Below, in pieces: positions 37,055-51,005 of a stretch of DNA of 64,000 nucleotides; positions within the stretch are counted from its first letter, which is position 1; the number at the start of each line of letters is the position of its first letter. The DNA comes from Chrysomallon squamiferum (Eukaryota > Animalia > Mollusca), in assembly GCA_012295275.1 (NCBI GenBank), contig CM022678.1, forward strand, positions 18,166,001 to 18,230,000, read 5' to 3'. Below the pieces are notes generated by a model, which saw only the letters and a list, made by a program, of their open reading frames with translations, was not told where the DNA came from and searched no databases. Position numbers and translations under genes: made by a program.

Positions 37055-37689
37055 ATATATATAATTAATTATACTTATGTCTTTTTATCTCTGTATATCA
37101 GTTTATATACAAATATATATCTATATCTATATCTATCTATCTATCTATCTATCTATCTCTATATATAATATATCTTTCTCTTTATTTCAATATATCTGTG
37201 TCTGTCTCTATATAAATCTATATTATCAGAGTATCGGTCTATCATTATCTATATTCCTATCCTTCTTTTTTTTGGTCAATATATAACTATCTCTCTATCT
37301 ATATATCTATCTATTTATCTATCTACATATATATGTGTGTGTGTGTGTGTGTATGTGTGTCTGACTGTCTATTTATCTTTATCTATTTATCTAAGTGAAC
37401 GTCTGGTATAATCTGTATTCGAGTCTGTTTATGTTTTCTATCTCTGTCTATCGATCTTTTCCTCATTGTCGTTCTCTTTCTTTCACTTTTTTTCTAGTCA
37501 CATACTCACAAAAAAAACACGCTCAATAGAGTTCAGTAAATGTTATAACTCCCGAACAACAACAACAATAATCATAATCGTAATAAAAATAACAATAATA
37601 AAAATAAAAATAAAAAACAAGAACCTTCCTTATTCTCGCCTGCGATCACCTCTCGGAATAAAAAAAAAAAAGAACGCGATCAGAATATA

Positions 37690-38455
37690 AAACCGTTAAC
37701 CGCTAGCTTTTGTCGAGGTGCGCGCGCGATTGTCCGCGGTAAACAAGAAATAACCGTGTTCACGCCGACGGTTCGATTATGCGCGGTCACTGGCATAACT
37801 CGGTGTAACTCGGGCTCAACTGACGAACTGCGTCGAGCGAGGCGAGTGGAAACGTTTTCTCACGAAGCGCCTCTTTCTAGCGGGCTTCTCGCAGGAATGA
37901 AGGACTGAAGGAATTCTTCAGTGTGTGACGTAAAAGAGAAAAATAAGGAATTCGACGTGTGACGTAAAAAGAGAAAAATAAGGAATTCGACGCGCGACGT
38001 TAGACAGAATAAGGAATACAACGTGTGACGTAAGAGAAAGAAAAGAAAAAAATGAGGAATTTCAACGTAACGTAAGACAGAATTAGGAATTCAACGTAAT
38101 AGCCTGTATGAAGAAATAAGCAGAATTGAACGTAACGTTCGGTGAATTAAGGAACTTATCCTAATATTAAAGGAATAAAGAAATTGAGAGTAACCATTAA
38201 GGAAAAAACTGTCGAGGAATCTAGAATATTTATAATTGACGAATAGATGAATACATCTTCTACTTCTTCTTCTGCGTCGTCGTCGTCGTCATAATATATA
38301 ACAGACGTTGCTGTGATGTTGACAACGCTTATCTGAATATATGCTTGGAGATGGATTCAGTTGTGTTTTGATATTTGTGTGATTTTTTTCCAATTTTACG
38401 ATTCTCTTTGCTGCAGTAATATCACAGACATGTCGATTTTTCGCATCTTTCAGAG
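37690..38455 (+). promoter_or_regulatory. CpG-rich promoter-like island and candidate non-coding first exon of gene 3
   Basis: Local CpG/GC island (gtgcgcgcgcgattgtccgcgg...) in an AT-rich background, ending at donor CAGAG|gtaaat (38456). Gene 3's coding exon has an acceptor and an upstream in-frame stop, so a 5' UTR exon must exist somewhere; the link to this island is inferred. Confidence 0.45.
37905..38225 (+). repeat. Degenerate ~31-42-bp tandem array (aggaattcgacgtgtgacgtaaaagagaaaaata-like)
   Basis: AGGAAT(T)-anchored units decaying towards the 3' end. Confidence 0.75.
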
Positions 38456-38704
38456 GTAAATTTTAGTTTCTGTCTAGTACCGATTTATTATTCGTGAAAT
38501 ATTTTTTTATGAACTGTATATATTGTTGTTTCATATATATATAGAGAGAGAGAGAGACACACACACACACACACGCAAAAACATACACATTCAGATAAAA
38601 TAAACAGACAATATATATATATATATACACATACATTTATATTTACATAAAGAACATACTTACACATCATTATCATCATCATCTTCATCATCATTATTAT
38701 CAGG

Positions 38705-38767
<63 letters not shown>

Positions 38768-39165
38768 GCTGTTTCTAACGAAAATAAATGAAACAAAATT
38801 TATAGCAAAACAAATTTAAATTAACTGAAATTAATTAATTAAAGAAAATCAAATAGTAAAATCATTTTTTTTTCTCTATTTAATTATCGTTTTGCTTTAC
38901 GCAATGTAAACTTGATCTCTGTGCACCAAATTCGAAGAAAAACAAGTTCTCGTGATAACAAAACAAATTTAACTGTAAATAAATATTGTATTTCCCTTCA
39001 GGGTTGATACATGAATGTTTCAAACCTTCAGACACGAACACACGCTTATAGATATATCTAGTTCAAAAATATACAAAGAAAACGGTAATATTAGATTAAA
39101 CTTTACAAATAAATAATGTAAATAAAAAATGTCTGTACGGAAATGAAATGAAATAAGTAAGTAAG

Positions 39166-39205
<40 letters not shown>

Positions 39206-39280
39206 AGATAACAGATAAATAAATAAATAATCAAAGGAAAATAAAATAAAATAATGGAATCATCTTTTTTAAATTTAGCT

Positions 39281-39323
<43 letters not shown>

Positions 39324-39332
39324 TGTATGTAT

Positions 39333-39387
<55 letters not shown>

Positions 39388-39396
39388 TTTGTTTGT

Positions 39397-39427
<31 letters not shown>

Positions 39428-39718
39428 TTATTGCAGTGTTGAGGGCCATATATTAAGTTTATAATTTCTGTTTGATAAAGTTTATGATGTAGCTATTTAC
39501 AGAACTATAAACATATGTATTCATTACTGGTTTAACACATAAAAAGATAAACAGACAAGCAAACTAACTAACTAATAAATAAATAAATAAAAAACACATG
39601 CATTTATACACACAAAAAAGTAAACATAATAATAATAATTAATAAAATAATTAAATGAACAATTAAATGAACTATAGCTCTTTTTAATATTACATATCTA
39701 TATCTATCTATCTATCTA

Positions 39719-39775
<57 letters not shown>

Positions 39776-40351
39776 ATTAGAAAAAACATATTTGTATGTC
39801 TGTTTGTGTGTCTGTGTTAACGTACGAATGCTATCTGTCAGTTATTAAACTATTAAAAAATAAATAAATAAATAAAATAAATTAAATTACAATAAAATAA
39901 AATAAAAGACATCGCAAAAAAAATACTAAATAATGTTTTTTTTATTTTTGGTAAAAAATTCTTTACGTATCAATATATTCAGTAACATCTGAATACACAC
40001 ACACATACATACATACATAACACACATACATATGCATACACATAATACAGAGTAAGATATATTTATATAGATAAAAAAAAAAGATACACTTGCTACTGAT
40101 ATATTAATATGTCACTATCAAGTTTCTTTATACATCATTAATATACAACAATGAAATCTTACTGGGTTTCAAAATCGCTGGTGATTTGAAGTTTTGTGCT
40201 GTGTGTGTTTGACAAGTTAGTTATTATTTTTAAAAGCTTTTATTTGTCTTGTTTCTTAAACTGGCTTTTTGTTAGAGCACTCGGTTATTCTACGCGTTTT
40301 TCTTCGAGTGCCTCTTAATGTCTGTAAATAACAGAGTTGTCGTTACTCTGT

Positions 40352-40412
40352 CTGGACTTGTTGATAGCAGTGTAATACGTGAGACTGATGGGTCGCGGGT
40401 TCGATTCCGAAA
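40352..40412 (+). mobile_element. Possible degenerate tRNA-derived SINE head
   Basis: Perfect Pol III B-box GGTTCGATTCC at 40398-40408, A-box-like tggacttgttgatagc ~45 nt upstream, followed by a long (TAG)n tract; no convincing cloverleaf. Confidence 0.4.
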
Positions 40413-40497
40413 GGCAGATAGAAAATATGCTGATAGGTGTGTATCTACGTACTGAAGTTATTAATAATAATAACAACACTACTACTACTAATATTAC

Positions 40498-40545
<48 letters not shown>

Positions 40546-40587
40546 TAGTGGCTGCAGTAATAGTAGTAGTAGTAATAGTAGTAGTAA

Positions 40588-40622
<35 letters not shown>

Positions 40623-40623
40623 A

Positions 40624-40655
<32 letters not shown>

Positions 40656-40656
40656 A

Positions 40657-40721
<65 letters not shown>

Positions 40722-40738
40722 ATAGTAGTAGTAGTAGT
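40498..40738. repeat. (TAG)n microsatellite
   Basis: Read directly. Confidence 0.95.
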
Positions 40739-41132
40739 ATTCCTTCATTCATTCATTCATTCTCTTTAAATCTTCTTTCCTTCTTCACTGTTCAGAACTT
40801 TCATTCTTTCTCTTTTTCTTCTTCTTTTTTTTTTTTTTTTTCTTCTTTCTTTCTTTCTTGGACAAGCAGTACGTTTCAGTACATCCCAGTACACAAACGT
40901 CAGTGATCCGAAAACACGAACAGACAAACAAAATACCGCGCCAAAATCTCTCACTCCGATTGCTAACCTCAGACTGTACGGACAGTGAGCCGCCCGCTAT
41001 TGACAGGTGGACCGTAAAATTAACAGGCAACCAAAACAAGTAATTTTTTCACGCTCCGTGTATTTATATTCACGGTCCATTTCACACGGCTTTTCGAGAG
41101 AGAACTGTAAAAATGCACGACAGCAAGTAATA

Positions 41133-41183
<51 letters not shown>

Positions 41184-41594
41184 GAGCAGAGTATTGATGT
41201 ATTAACTGTCTTCTAGGCGTGTTCATTTTTCCTTATCGTGGATTGACAATAGGAAATAAATGAATAGGAAACCGTTACACCCTCAATCGTATTCACAGCA
41301 CTGGGTCCTTTATGAATAAAACTGTTATTGTCAGGCGCGAGATTTCTGTTAACGGGGGTTGGGGGGTGAAATCTTCTAGTGTCATTTCTGATATGTACGA
41401 TAGTACACACCTTAATATTTAATTGTTATAACGGTAAATAATAATTATATATATATATATATATATAAAAAAGTCTGTTAATTTCTGAGTATACTTCAGA
41501 ACTACGTATATGTATATTGTACATACCTATGTATATGTATAATATGTCTATATATGTGTGTGTGTGTGTATGTGTGTATATATATATATTTAGA

Positions 41595-41725
41595 AAGAAA
41601 GAGAGAGAGAGATGGGACAGATAGAGATAGAGAGAGACAGAGAGAGAGAGGAGATATACAGAGAGAGAGGAGAGATACAGAGAGAGAGAAAGAGAGAGAG
41701 AGGGAGAGAGAGAGAGGGGAGAGAG

Positions 41726-41792
<67 letters not shown>

Positions 41793-41808
41793 GTACAGAG
41801 AGAGACAA

Positions 41809-41852
<44 letters not shown>

Positions 41853-41943
41853 ATACAGAGAAAAAGAGAGAGGAGAGATACAGAGAGAGAGAGTGAAAGA
41901 GAGGAGAGATACGGAGAGATACAGAGAAAGAGAGAGAGAGAGA
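41595..41943. repeat. GA-rich compound microsatellite
   Basis: Read directly. Confidence 0.9.
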
Positions 41944-43075
41944 AGCTTCATATAAACAGCTTGAGAGAGAACGAGTATTGACAGAAACGTTTAACATGTG
42001 TAATTATCTATCGCACCAGTTTGATTGATTAATCTTAGCTCCACCACAAACACGTTTGGACGTTTCATGTTTCAAGTGACTCACTGGCTTTAGGCGTAAC
42101 TCATCAGAATTAGAACTCGAGTCACATAAAATAATCATCTGACGATGCTTGGCGTTTAAAATAAACGGAGAGAGAACCTTTAAAATTACCAAGTATTTTG
42201 TTTTTGTTTTTTTTTTTTTGTTTTTTTTTGCTTGTTTCACGGTGAAGTTGAAGTTTATGTAAATTTTCTGTTATTTGAGATTGGGATTAAACGACAAAAA
42301 TCGTGTAATGAAATCTTTAAAGCCCTCATTAGCTTGTGGCAATAAACATTAAAATCTAAAATAGTAATAATACAGGAGTAAGTAAATAAAGGGAAGAAGA
42401 AAAATAGATTAAAATTAGAAAATGGAAATAGGAAAAAAAGAAAGTAAATCATGCTTAAATGTTAATTTATTTATCATTATGTTTATTTTAAAACACAGAG
42501 ACAGTGAGAGAGAGAGAGAATCAGAGAGAGAGATAATGAGATAGATACAGAGAGTGACAGAAAAAGAAAGAAAGAAAGAAAGAGAAAAAAACATACAAAA
42601 ACAAAAATGCATCCTTGGCACAAACACCTCTCTATGTACATAAAAAACCGCACACTAAAACACATAAACATACACAAACTTTATCTTGTTAATAGTTAAA
42701 AATAGCCGTTGCATACTGGGATTTGTCACTTAAGCCTGTGACGTCATCGACAACAAACAAACAGTTCCTGAAAGGTTCTGTACTGAGATACGAACATACG
42801 ACCTAGCGGTCTTCACGCTGTTGGTTCGTCCAGTGTACTAGGTGCAGATCTGATAAGTAAACAAGGAAAAAACGTTTCATTTTCGTCGTACAAGGATTTA
42901 CCGGTGTTGATTTTTCTCCGTTTGCCGCTGAAAAAATGTCCTTTGACGCCTGACCGGGCAACAATTGGCAGCGACTGTGTCTGTAATTGTCCAAACGTAA
43001 TCATCGCAGTGCCCGCTCGAGCCGAAACCCACGCATGAGTGAACGACTGGCAGTTAACAGTTAATACACATTGCT

Positions 43076-43126
<51 letters not shown>

Positions 43127-44141
43127 GAGTCTCACCGTATCCAGAGGTAAAACTTTATGTTAAGGTCCTGTTTCCCTGTAACTGGATCGATGGGATGCTT
43201 GCCTTTCCCCATCCCCCGACCCCGGCTGTTCTGGTTAGTTTTTATATCACTTCTGCTGTGTCAAAGGTCGCGGCAGATATTGCTTGTAGTGATTATACGC
43301 GTTTCCTGAACACTGAAGTATAAGTTGTTGTCCTCGGAGATCTAAGATAGAATCCTTGCGGAGGCTTTTTCGCTATTTTTTTTTTTTTTTTTATTTTTTT
43401 TTTTTTATGTCAGTGATTTTGGAACGTTCTCTGTGTTTGTTGGAAACTGTGTGTGAAAAATATCGCGAAACTCTTAATAATAGTTGCTAACGGATAATAT
43501 TCTTTTCTCGGTCCAGTTTACGTTTACGTTTTTCATTCTTTCTTTCTTTTTTTTTTTTTTTTTTTTTTTTATTTTTTTTATTTTTCACAATATGACGTCG
43601 GTACAATTCGGACTTTTCCGTAAATTAGATATACCGGGGAAAAAAAAAAAAAATAAAAATAAAAAAACAGGTGAAGGACAAATTAGTGCATTAACCCCAT
43701 TTATTCAATTTAGGCAATAAATAACAATTAGTGGCGCGTCGTGACGGCGCTGTTAGTCGCAGACAGGCCGCTCGTTGTCATTAAACATTTATTTATGTTC
43801 TCCGCCGACCCGCGATGACTGTTCGGCAAGTTTCGCTACGACAGCGAAGCCGAAATCAAATCGACAGGTCGGCTTGTTCCGTGACGCAAGTAATGTGCGT
43901 AATAGGTGTTTGATTGTCGTCACTCCGGCGTAAACGTCGGACAATTGGCCTTTGAAAACTGATACGAGACAAAGACGGGTTATAGCTGCCGTTGTTGTCC
44001 GTGTCTGGAGCCGATGTTGCGTGTGTCGACGTCATTGTCGTTGCACTGGTGTCTGAGATATTCACGGGGGCGGATTGGCGCCCATCTCGCAGTTTTAGCT
44101 CGCTTATTAGATTTTATTTTTGTTCTTGTTTATTTATTCAT

Positions 44142-44173
<32 letters not shown>

Positions 44174-44539
44174 CGATTTCTTGTTCTTCTTCTTTTTTGT
44201 ACTTCTTCTTCTTCTTCTTCTTTCTTCTTCTTCTTCTTATTATTATTATTATTATTATCATTATTATTATTGTTATTATTATTATTACTGTTACTACTAC
44301 TACTACTATTACTAATACCGATATTATTTATTTCATTCTATTCTTCCATATGCTGTATCATGTATTTAATTTTATTTTTAATTTTAACTCTTATTTATTT
44401 ATTTTCTTATTATATATTTGTTAATGATGCAATAAATCACATTTCTCATTGAAATTTAAAACAACTCAGCAAGAGCACCCTACTACAGCTTTATTAAGAA
44501 TTTGTATCGAAAAAAAATATATAATAATAATAATAATAA

Positions 44540-44590
<51 letters not shown>

Positions 44591-45647
44591 ACAAAATAAA
44601 ATAATATATATAATGGAGACCATGCACTAGAATATTTGTGTATGTATTTAATTCCGTGTGTGTGTGCGTGTGTGTGTGTGTGTGTGTGCGTGTGTGTGTG
44701 TGTGTGCGTTTAGATTCAGAAAATATTGATCTATAGCTATTGTCATTGTGTGTCTATAAAGAGTCTCACGCACGCACGCACACACACACACACACACAGA
44801 TTTATAAATACAATCAAGCACATGATTTATTATTAATTTAACCTATATAATCCGTTTCTAATTAAAATATCATTTAATAATTATAATTAATTCACTTATA
44901 ATACGAATTAGTATAATTCTAATGATTTATCAATATCAATAAATTATAATTCTTACTTTTACATTTAAATAGCGTCAGTCAAAACAGTTTTAAAAATGGA
45001 TTTCTTTTGTTGTTGATTTTTTTTTTTTTTTTTTTTTTTTTAATTAAAAAAAAAAAAAATATTTAATTTCATAGATGAAATTATTTTAGCTGTTTTATTA
45101 ATTAATTAAAAATAATAATAATAACAATAAAATTTAAAAAAAAATTTAAAAAGAAAAGAAAAATAAATAACATTATTTGATTTCATAGATGAAATTATGT
45201 TAGCTGTTTTATTAATTAATTAATATTTATCCAGTGGTACAGATCTCTGAATGTTGCCGAATTAAAAGAAAAAAAAAAAAAAAAAATCTTTCGTTAATCT
45301 CTCACATGAATCTTTACTTTCTACAACTAGTCTTCGTTGTTTCAACGACGAAGTTAAATAATTATGTGAACTAATCATCAAAAAAGTAAATACGTACAGA
45401 AATATAAATGCATACGCACACATACAAAATAATAATAATAATAAAGTTCCGTAACATTTCCTCAATGTGTGAAATGCGTAAAGAGTATTATACCATGGCA
45501 ACCTGTTATTAGATAACGTCATTTCGTTATCTGCAATATCATTTAGTTGGGCGACATTCATAGGTAAGTTACGTAAATATATATATAAATAAGACTTTTA
45601 ATCCTATAATATTATTGTAGACTCTATTTTATATGCAGAATGTTACT

Positions 45648-45732
<85 letters not shown>

Positions 45733-47958
45733 GTATATGTCTCCTATCTATCTAGCTTATCCATCAGAGAGTTTATGTGTGTATAGATGTATCTTATACC
45801 AAGCCTACATTTTACTCTTTCTATGAAACGTAATTTCGTTTATCCCTCAAGTACATTCTTTGAAAAGATGTTACAACTCTATACAAAAAAAAAAAAAAAA
45901 AAAAAAAAAAATTCCATCGTCGTATTGACTATTTGTAATGTTACTTTTCATAGCGACGTTATACCACATCTGTTATAACAGAATTAATATCATGTTTTCT
46001 TTGAAGCGATTTGATAATAAAATTTCAACCGTAGTAAAACGTTCTTTAGTTAATAATATTCTTGAGCCTGGCTGAGGTGGATATGATGGTTTTTAACGTT
46101 TCTGTTTTCAAACAGTTGAGGTATTTGAAATAACAGTTAGTCGATTTGATATGTTGTTAGAGGAAATCGTGTCCTCTTTCGTATATATTAAGATGTGTTC
46201 AGTTTATGTATGTATAATAATTACATAGCCGTTTTATCTACATTTGTGTTTTATATCTACACGTATCTATCTGTCTTTCTGCAAGACTCGCTGTGTCTCT
46301 CTCTATATCCATCTATCCCTCTGCCCTGCCCCACATTCCAGTCCTCACTCTCCTTAACGACTCGTCGATACGCCTGCAGTCACGTGGTTCACTGCCAGCG
46401 GTGAAATGAGACATTTGACTTGTGTAAAAGAAATAACACGAATGTCGATTTCATGCAAATGTGATAAGGTACAAAGGAGAAAAGTCGTTAAGAAAAAAGT
46501 AATCAGACCATTTGCATATTTTACCTGTTTCTGTACAGTACACTCTGACACACTTATTTATTTATTTATTTGTTTATTTGTTTGTTTGTTTATTTACTTA
46601 TTTACGCACTTATTTTATTTTTATTTTATTTTATTTTTTTAATTATTTATACACACTTATTTTATTTTATTTTATTTTTATTTATTTACTTATTTACTTA
46701 CTTACTTCTTTCTTTATTTTATTTTATGCTATTTTATTATTTATTTACTTATTTACTAATTTACTTACTTATTTTATTATATCTTATATATTTGTCTTTT
46801 ATATAGTGTTTTATATTCATTCATTTGATTTTATATATATATATATAATTTACACTTCTTTTTGTTTATTTGTGATATATGTATGCATGTTTATACATTT
46901 GTCTGTAACTATTTATTATATATGTATATATGTATGTATATGTATATGTTTAAACCTATGTATATATATTTCTACGTCTGTCTTGTCTTTCGTTCTATAT
47001 ATTAGTATATATTTATTTTTCCTCTATCTTTATTTTCCTTCATTCATTCATTCAGTCAGTCATTCAATCGTTTATTGATATTTGCTTTTAACTCTTTCCG
47101 TGTACTAACGAACACCGTTATCTCAGTCGTTAATGACTAACACTCTCTATAACCACAACGTCAACTGTTTGACCTATGACGGTATTTCGATGTCGACAAC
47201 TGAACCTGCGGATTATCAGTAACAGTTCACAGATTAAGCGCGGATTAACGTAATAATCTTGCAATCCAGCGGAATGTGTTAGGTCTGCGGCCGCACTTTT
47301 AGAGGTAAACAGAAAATTGCGCAAGACGTCGGCTTTTTCAACATGGTTAATTTTGTGGTGTTTGTTTTCGCTCATCTTGGATTTTTTACCTGTGTCGTTT
47401 TGTTAAGGGATTAAAAATTTGATTTCGTTTTGTGTAGGATAACTTCGTGAAGACTAGGTTGGTTTGTTTTTACTGTTTTTCTCTAATCTCTTTCAGTTTC
47501 TCGTTGTTTTTCTTTTTGCCCTAACTCTTACCTTCACATTCATCTTGTTTTTTTAAAAAACTGTTATCGTTTCTTTCTATTTTTCTTTATCTATCTTTCT
47601 GTCATTTTGAATATTTGTGTTTACACTCGTGTCTATATTAATAAACTATGTAACTACCTGCCTGTCTTGCTATTTATATCTCTGTGTGTGTGTGTGTGTG
47701 TGTGTGTTTTATCTATCTGTATATACCTGCATATCAATATATCTCTGTGTATGTGTGTCTGTCTACGTATGTGTTTATCTTCCTGTGTATAATGTGATAT
47801 TCACTTTTTCTCTCATTCCAAGTCTCATTTTCTTCCTCTTTCTCTTTATTTCTCACTCTCATACTTCCTTCCTTCCTTCCTTCCTTCCTTCCTTTCTCTC
47901 TATCTCGTATATCTCTTTTATTTTCTCCCTTCCTCTGCATCCATGACACACACACACG

Positions 47959-48000
<42 letters not shown>

Positions 48001-48246
48001 TAGAAAGAAAAAAATCCACATTTTTGTTCAGTTATTTCCTCCAACTACTACAGCAAACCGTTGCTGCTGACAATACTACATGTTTCCAATAGCTACTGTT
48101 CTTATTGTTGTTTACGCCATTATTCCACTGTTGTTGTAGTAGTAGTGGCAGTGGTCGTTGTTGTCGCCTCTATGATCGTTAAGGAGTGGCCGTCTCAAGC
48201 AGAAACATTATTTTTATCTGGCCGATTTCATTTCACACAAACACAA

Positions 48247-48280
<34 letters not shown>

Positions 48281-48630
48281 AAAGTCGTTTGATTGATTAT
48301 TGCAGCATGCAGTCCCGATTACCATAAACAGCCAGTTGTACCTGAGCCGAGCGAGCTACACAGCTTCATTAATTACCTGTTAATGATTAATGATCTCTGT
48401 GCCAGTCGATACTACACGCACAGGTATCGCTGTACTGGAAGAAATCCGCCCATGGTTGTTGTTTTCGTTTATTCTTGACAGTCGCTCGTGTTTGTTTTTT
48501 TGTTTGTTTTGTTTTTTTGTTGTTGTTAATTTTGGTTACTGTCTGAATATTTTATCATCATCAACATCATCATCATCATCATTATTTGATTAATTAATTA
48601 ATTAAAATAACCCACCTGGGATTGTATAAT

Positions 48631-48661
<31 letters not shown>

Positions 48662-49047
48662 TATTATTGTTGTCAACGCTTAGATTCTTCTTCTTATTAT
48701 TATTATTATTATCATCATCATCATCACCATCATCATTATCATCATCTTCTTCATAATCATTATCATTATTGTTGTTGTTGTTATTATTATTTTAAATAAT
48801 GATCTAAAATAATAATTCTTACAGTAAATTAACAAAAACTTACAAGTGTACTTGTGTACCTTATGTATACTTGAGTATTATTTTTCAGTATGATAAGCAC
48901 ATTGAGATTATATAACTGTTTCCACTGTTATTTATTTGATACTGTCACGTCATCTCATTAATAATTACTCATGTTTTATTTATTTTTATTTTTATTTTTA
49001 TTTTTTTTTCAGATATTCTTCTGCCTTACCGCAGATAGTCACACACG

Positions 49048-50190
49048 ATGCCATCAGATGAACTGTTGACGCGCATGCGTGGAACCTGCCTTCAGATGTC
49101 ATCCCCGGAAGTCTACAGCAAACGGTTCTCCGACTTCGTGCGTCACTTCCGCAACGGCGAATTCGGCCAATCGCTGGGCGTTCAGCGGCGCGTGAAGTAC
49201 GCCGCCAGTTTCCGCGACGAACTCGCGCGAATAACAAACCAGAAGCAGACGAAACGAGACAGCCTGGATTCGAAACGGGCGAAAAAGAAAATGACAGTGG
49301 GTCAGGTGACTAGCGAGTCGCCCACCCTCCCGCCGATTACCTCCTCCTGCAGCGACATCACCGCCGCCGTTGCCAATGGCAACACGCACAGCAGCGTGTC
49401 GACGCCCTTCACCGGCGGCGTCAAAGACGACGCCGTCTCCCCGGTTCCTAAGAAGGACGGTTCTAAGCTGCGGATTAACGCACAGGGATTAACCAAATCC
49501 CAAGATTTCACCAGACTGTCCCCGATAGCCTCTTCCGAGAAAAGGGGTAAAGGGGAGGTGAAATGCGACGCTAAGGTCGTCAGCCTCACCCCCCGGGGAA
49601 GCATGCCGAGAATTGTTAAACGATCTAGTCAAGATTTGAACTCTAAAAACGAACGGCTAAGACTGAAAGGTCAGCTGAAAACAATAAAAGGCAGATCTCA
49701 GGAAGAACCTTTTTCCGTGCGGAGGAAAATAGAACAGTATCGGAAATGGCACGAGGAGCAGTACACGGACAAACTGAAAAAGTTCAAGCAGGACGTGGAT
49801 AAATTTGGTGCCGACAACAACAAAGTTGCAGACAACACCAACGTGGGCATCGATCTGTCGCGCATATTTGACTGCGCGTCCAAGTCGTCATGCGAGCGCA
49901 AAATTGCTGACAAGAACAACAACATCGATGACGTGAAAGCCAGCCTCGAGTATTCAGCAATCCTTCGACGGAAGCAGAAAAAGAGACTGAAGACCGCTGC
50001 CACGTGGAAAACGTGGCGTGACGTCAACCAGTCCGACGCTTACGATGACGTCAATAAGTACATCGAGGAGAATGAACTCATGACTCCCGAAAAGGAGAGC
50101 TGGATACGAAACTGGGTCTTCGAAGTGGAGAGAGCCATGTTTTCAACAGACGATTCGAACAGTGATGTAGACGAGTCGGTGTTTATATGA
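49048..50190 (+). CDS. Gene 3: uncharacterised 380-aa protein on a single coding exon; basic/Ser-rich middle, helical Trp-containing C-terminal segment
   Basis: Long GC-rich ORF; strong acceptor ttttttttcag| at 49012; in-frame TAG at 49036 just upstream of the ATG fixes the start; C-terminal WKTWRDVNQSDAYDDVNKYIEENELMTPEKESWIRNWV looks constrained; family not recognised. Confidence 0.85.
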   Translation: MPSDELLTRMRGTCLQMSSPEVYSKRFSDFVRHFRNGEFGQSLGVQRRVKYAASFRDELARITNQKQTKRDSLDSKRAKKKMTVGQVTSESPTLPPITSSCSDITAAVANGNTHSSVSTPFTGGVKDDAVSPVPKKDGSKLRINAQGLTKSQDFTRLSPIASSEKRGKGEVKCDAKVVSLTPRGSMPRIVKRSSQDLNSKNERLRLKGQLKTIKGRSQEEPFSVRRKIEQYRKWHEEQYTDKLKKFKQDVDKFGADNNKVADNTNVGIDLSRIFDCASKSSCERKIADKNNNIDDVKASLEYSAILRRKQKKRLKTAATWKTWRDVNQSDAYDDVNKYIEENELMTPEKESWIRNWVFEVERAMFSTDDSNSDVDESVFI

Positions 50191-50304
50191 AACTCTCTAA
50201 CTATTTATTGTTTTTAAAGAATCATCCTTTCTTACAGGGATTCCTTGTAATACTTTAACGTCTGAAAGTCTGGAAATAGTTTAACGTCTGGAATGAAAGT
50301 GCCA

Positions 50305-50470
50305 GTTATGGTTTTTTGAACAAGATATCGATTATTGGCCTTGAAACGAATTATGGTTTTGAACAAGACGCAAGTAATCGTTCTTGACTAAAAGGAAGTT
50401 GTGGTTCTTGAAGAAGACGTGAGTTGTGGTTCTTGAGCATGACGTGGATTGTCGTTCTTGAAGAAAACGT
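50305..50470. repeat. Degenerate ~26-bp tandem repeat (ttgtggttcttgaagaagacg-like) in gene 3 3' UTR
   Basis: About 6-7 decaying units. Confidence 0.65.
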
Positions 50471-50728
50471 ACAAAATTAATGATTTGAAAATTAGCAAAA
50501 TTAGAGACATTTAACACGAGTGTCTCCAAACAAAAGTATTAAAATTGTAGGATTTCAAAACAGAAGACAATGCGGCTTTGAAACAGTTAAATGATTTAAA
50601 ATGTCTTTTAATATCGATTTATACATGATTTTCTTATCTTGTTAAAGGTCCTCTTTCTCCATCAGTCTTTCTTTCTGTCATTCTCAGATTCGTCTGTCTC
50701 ATGTTTTTTCTCTGTCTCTCTCTCTGAA

Positions 50729-50734
50729 AATAAA
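50729..50734 (+). terminator. Candidate polyadenylation signal of gene 3
   Basis: AATAAA ~540 nt after the stop, followed by T-rich sequence. Confidence 0.4.
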
Positions 50735-50766
50735 GAATCAGACGTTAGATAATGTTTCTTTACAAC

Positions 50767-51005
50767 TTTTTATTTATCTATATGAAATTCTTTTTATTTA
50801 TCTATATGAAATTCTTTTTATTTATCTATATGAAATTCCTTTTTATTTATTTATATGAAATTCTTTTTTATTTATCTATATGAAATTCTTTTTTATTTAT
50901 CTATATGAAATTCTCATTTATTTATCTATATGAAATTCTCATTTATTTATCTATATGAAATTCTTATTTATTTATCTATATGAAATTCATATTTATTTAT
51001 CTATC
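50767..51005. repeat. 23-24-bp minisatellite (ttttatttatctatatgaaattc)n
   Basis: About 9-10 near-identical copies downstream of gene 3. Confidence 0.9.

Noticed and set aside
37905-38225. Repeat-spacer-like array as CRISPR
   Set aside because: Units are degenerate and the intervening parts resemble each other; it is an ordinary decaying minisatellite
40352-40420. Functional tRNA gene
   Set aside because: B-box present, but no acceptor-stem or anticodon-arm pairing could be built; kept only as a possible SINE relic
45061-45225. ~48-bp direct repeat (atttcatagatgaaattat...ttaattaattaa) as transposon ends or target-site duplication
   Set aside because: Only A/T-rich filler between the copies; a local tandem duplication suffices. 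The same applies to duplications at ~14887/15135 and ~18710/18772
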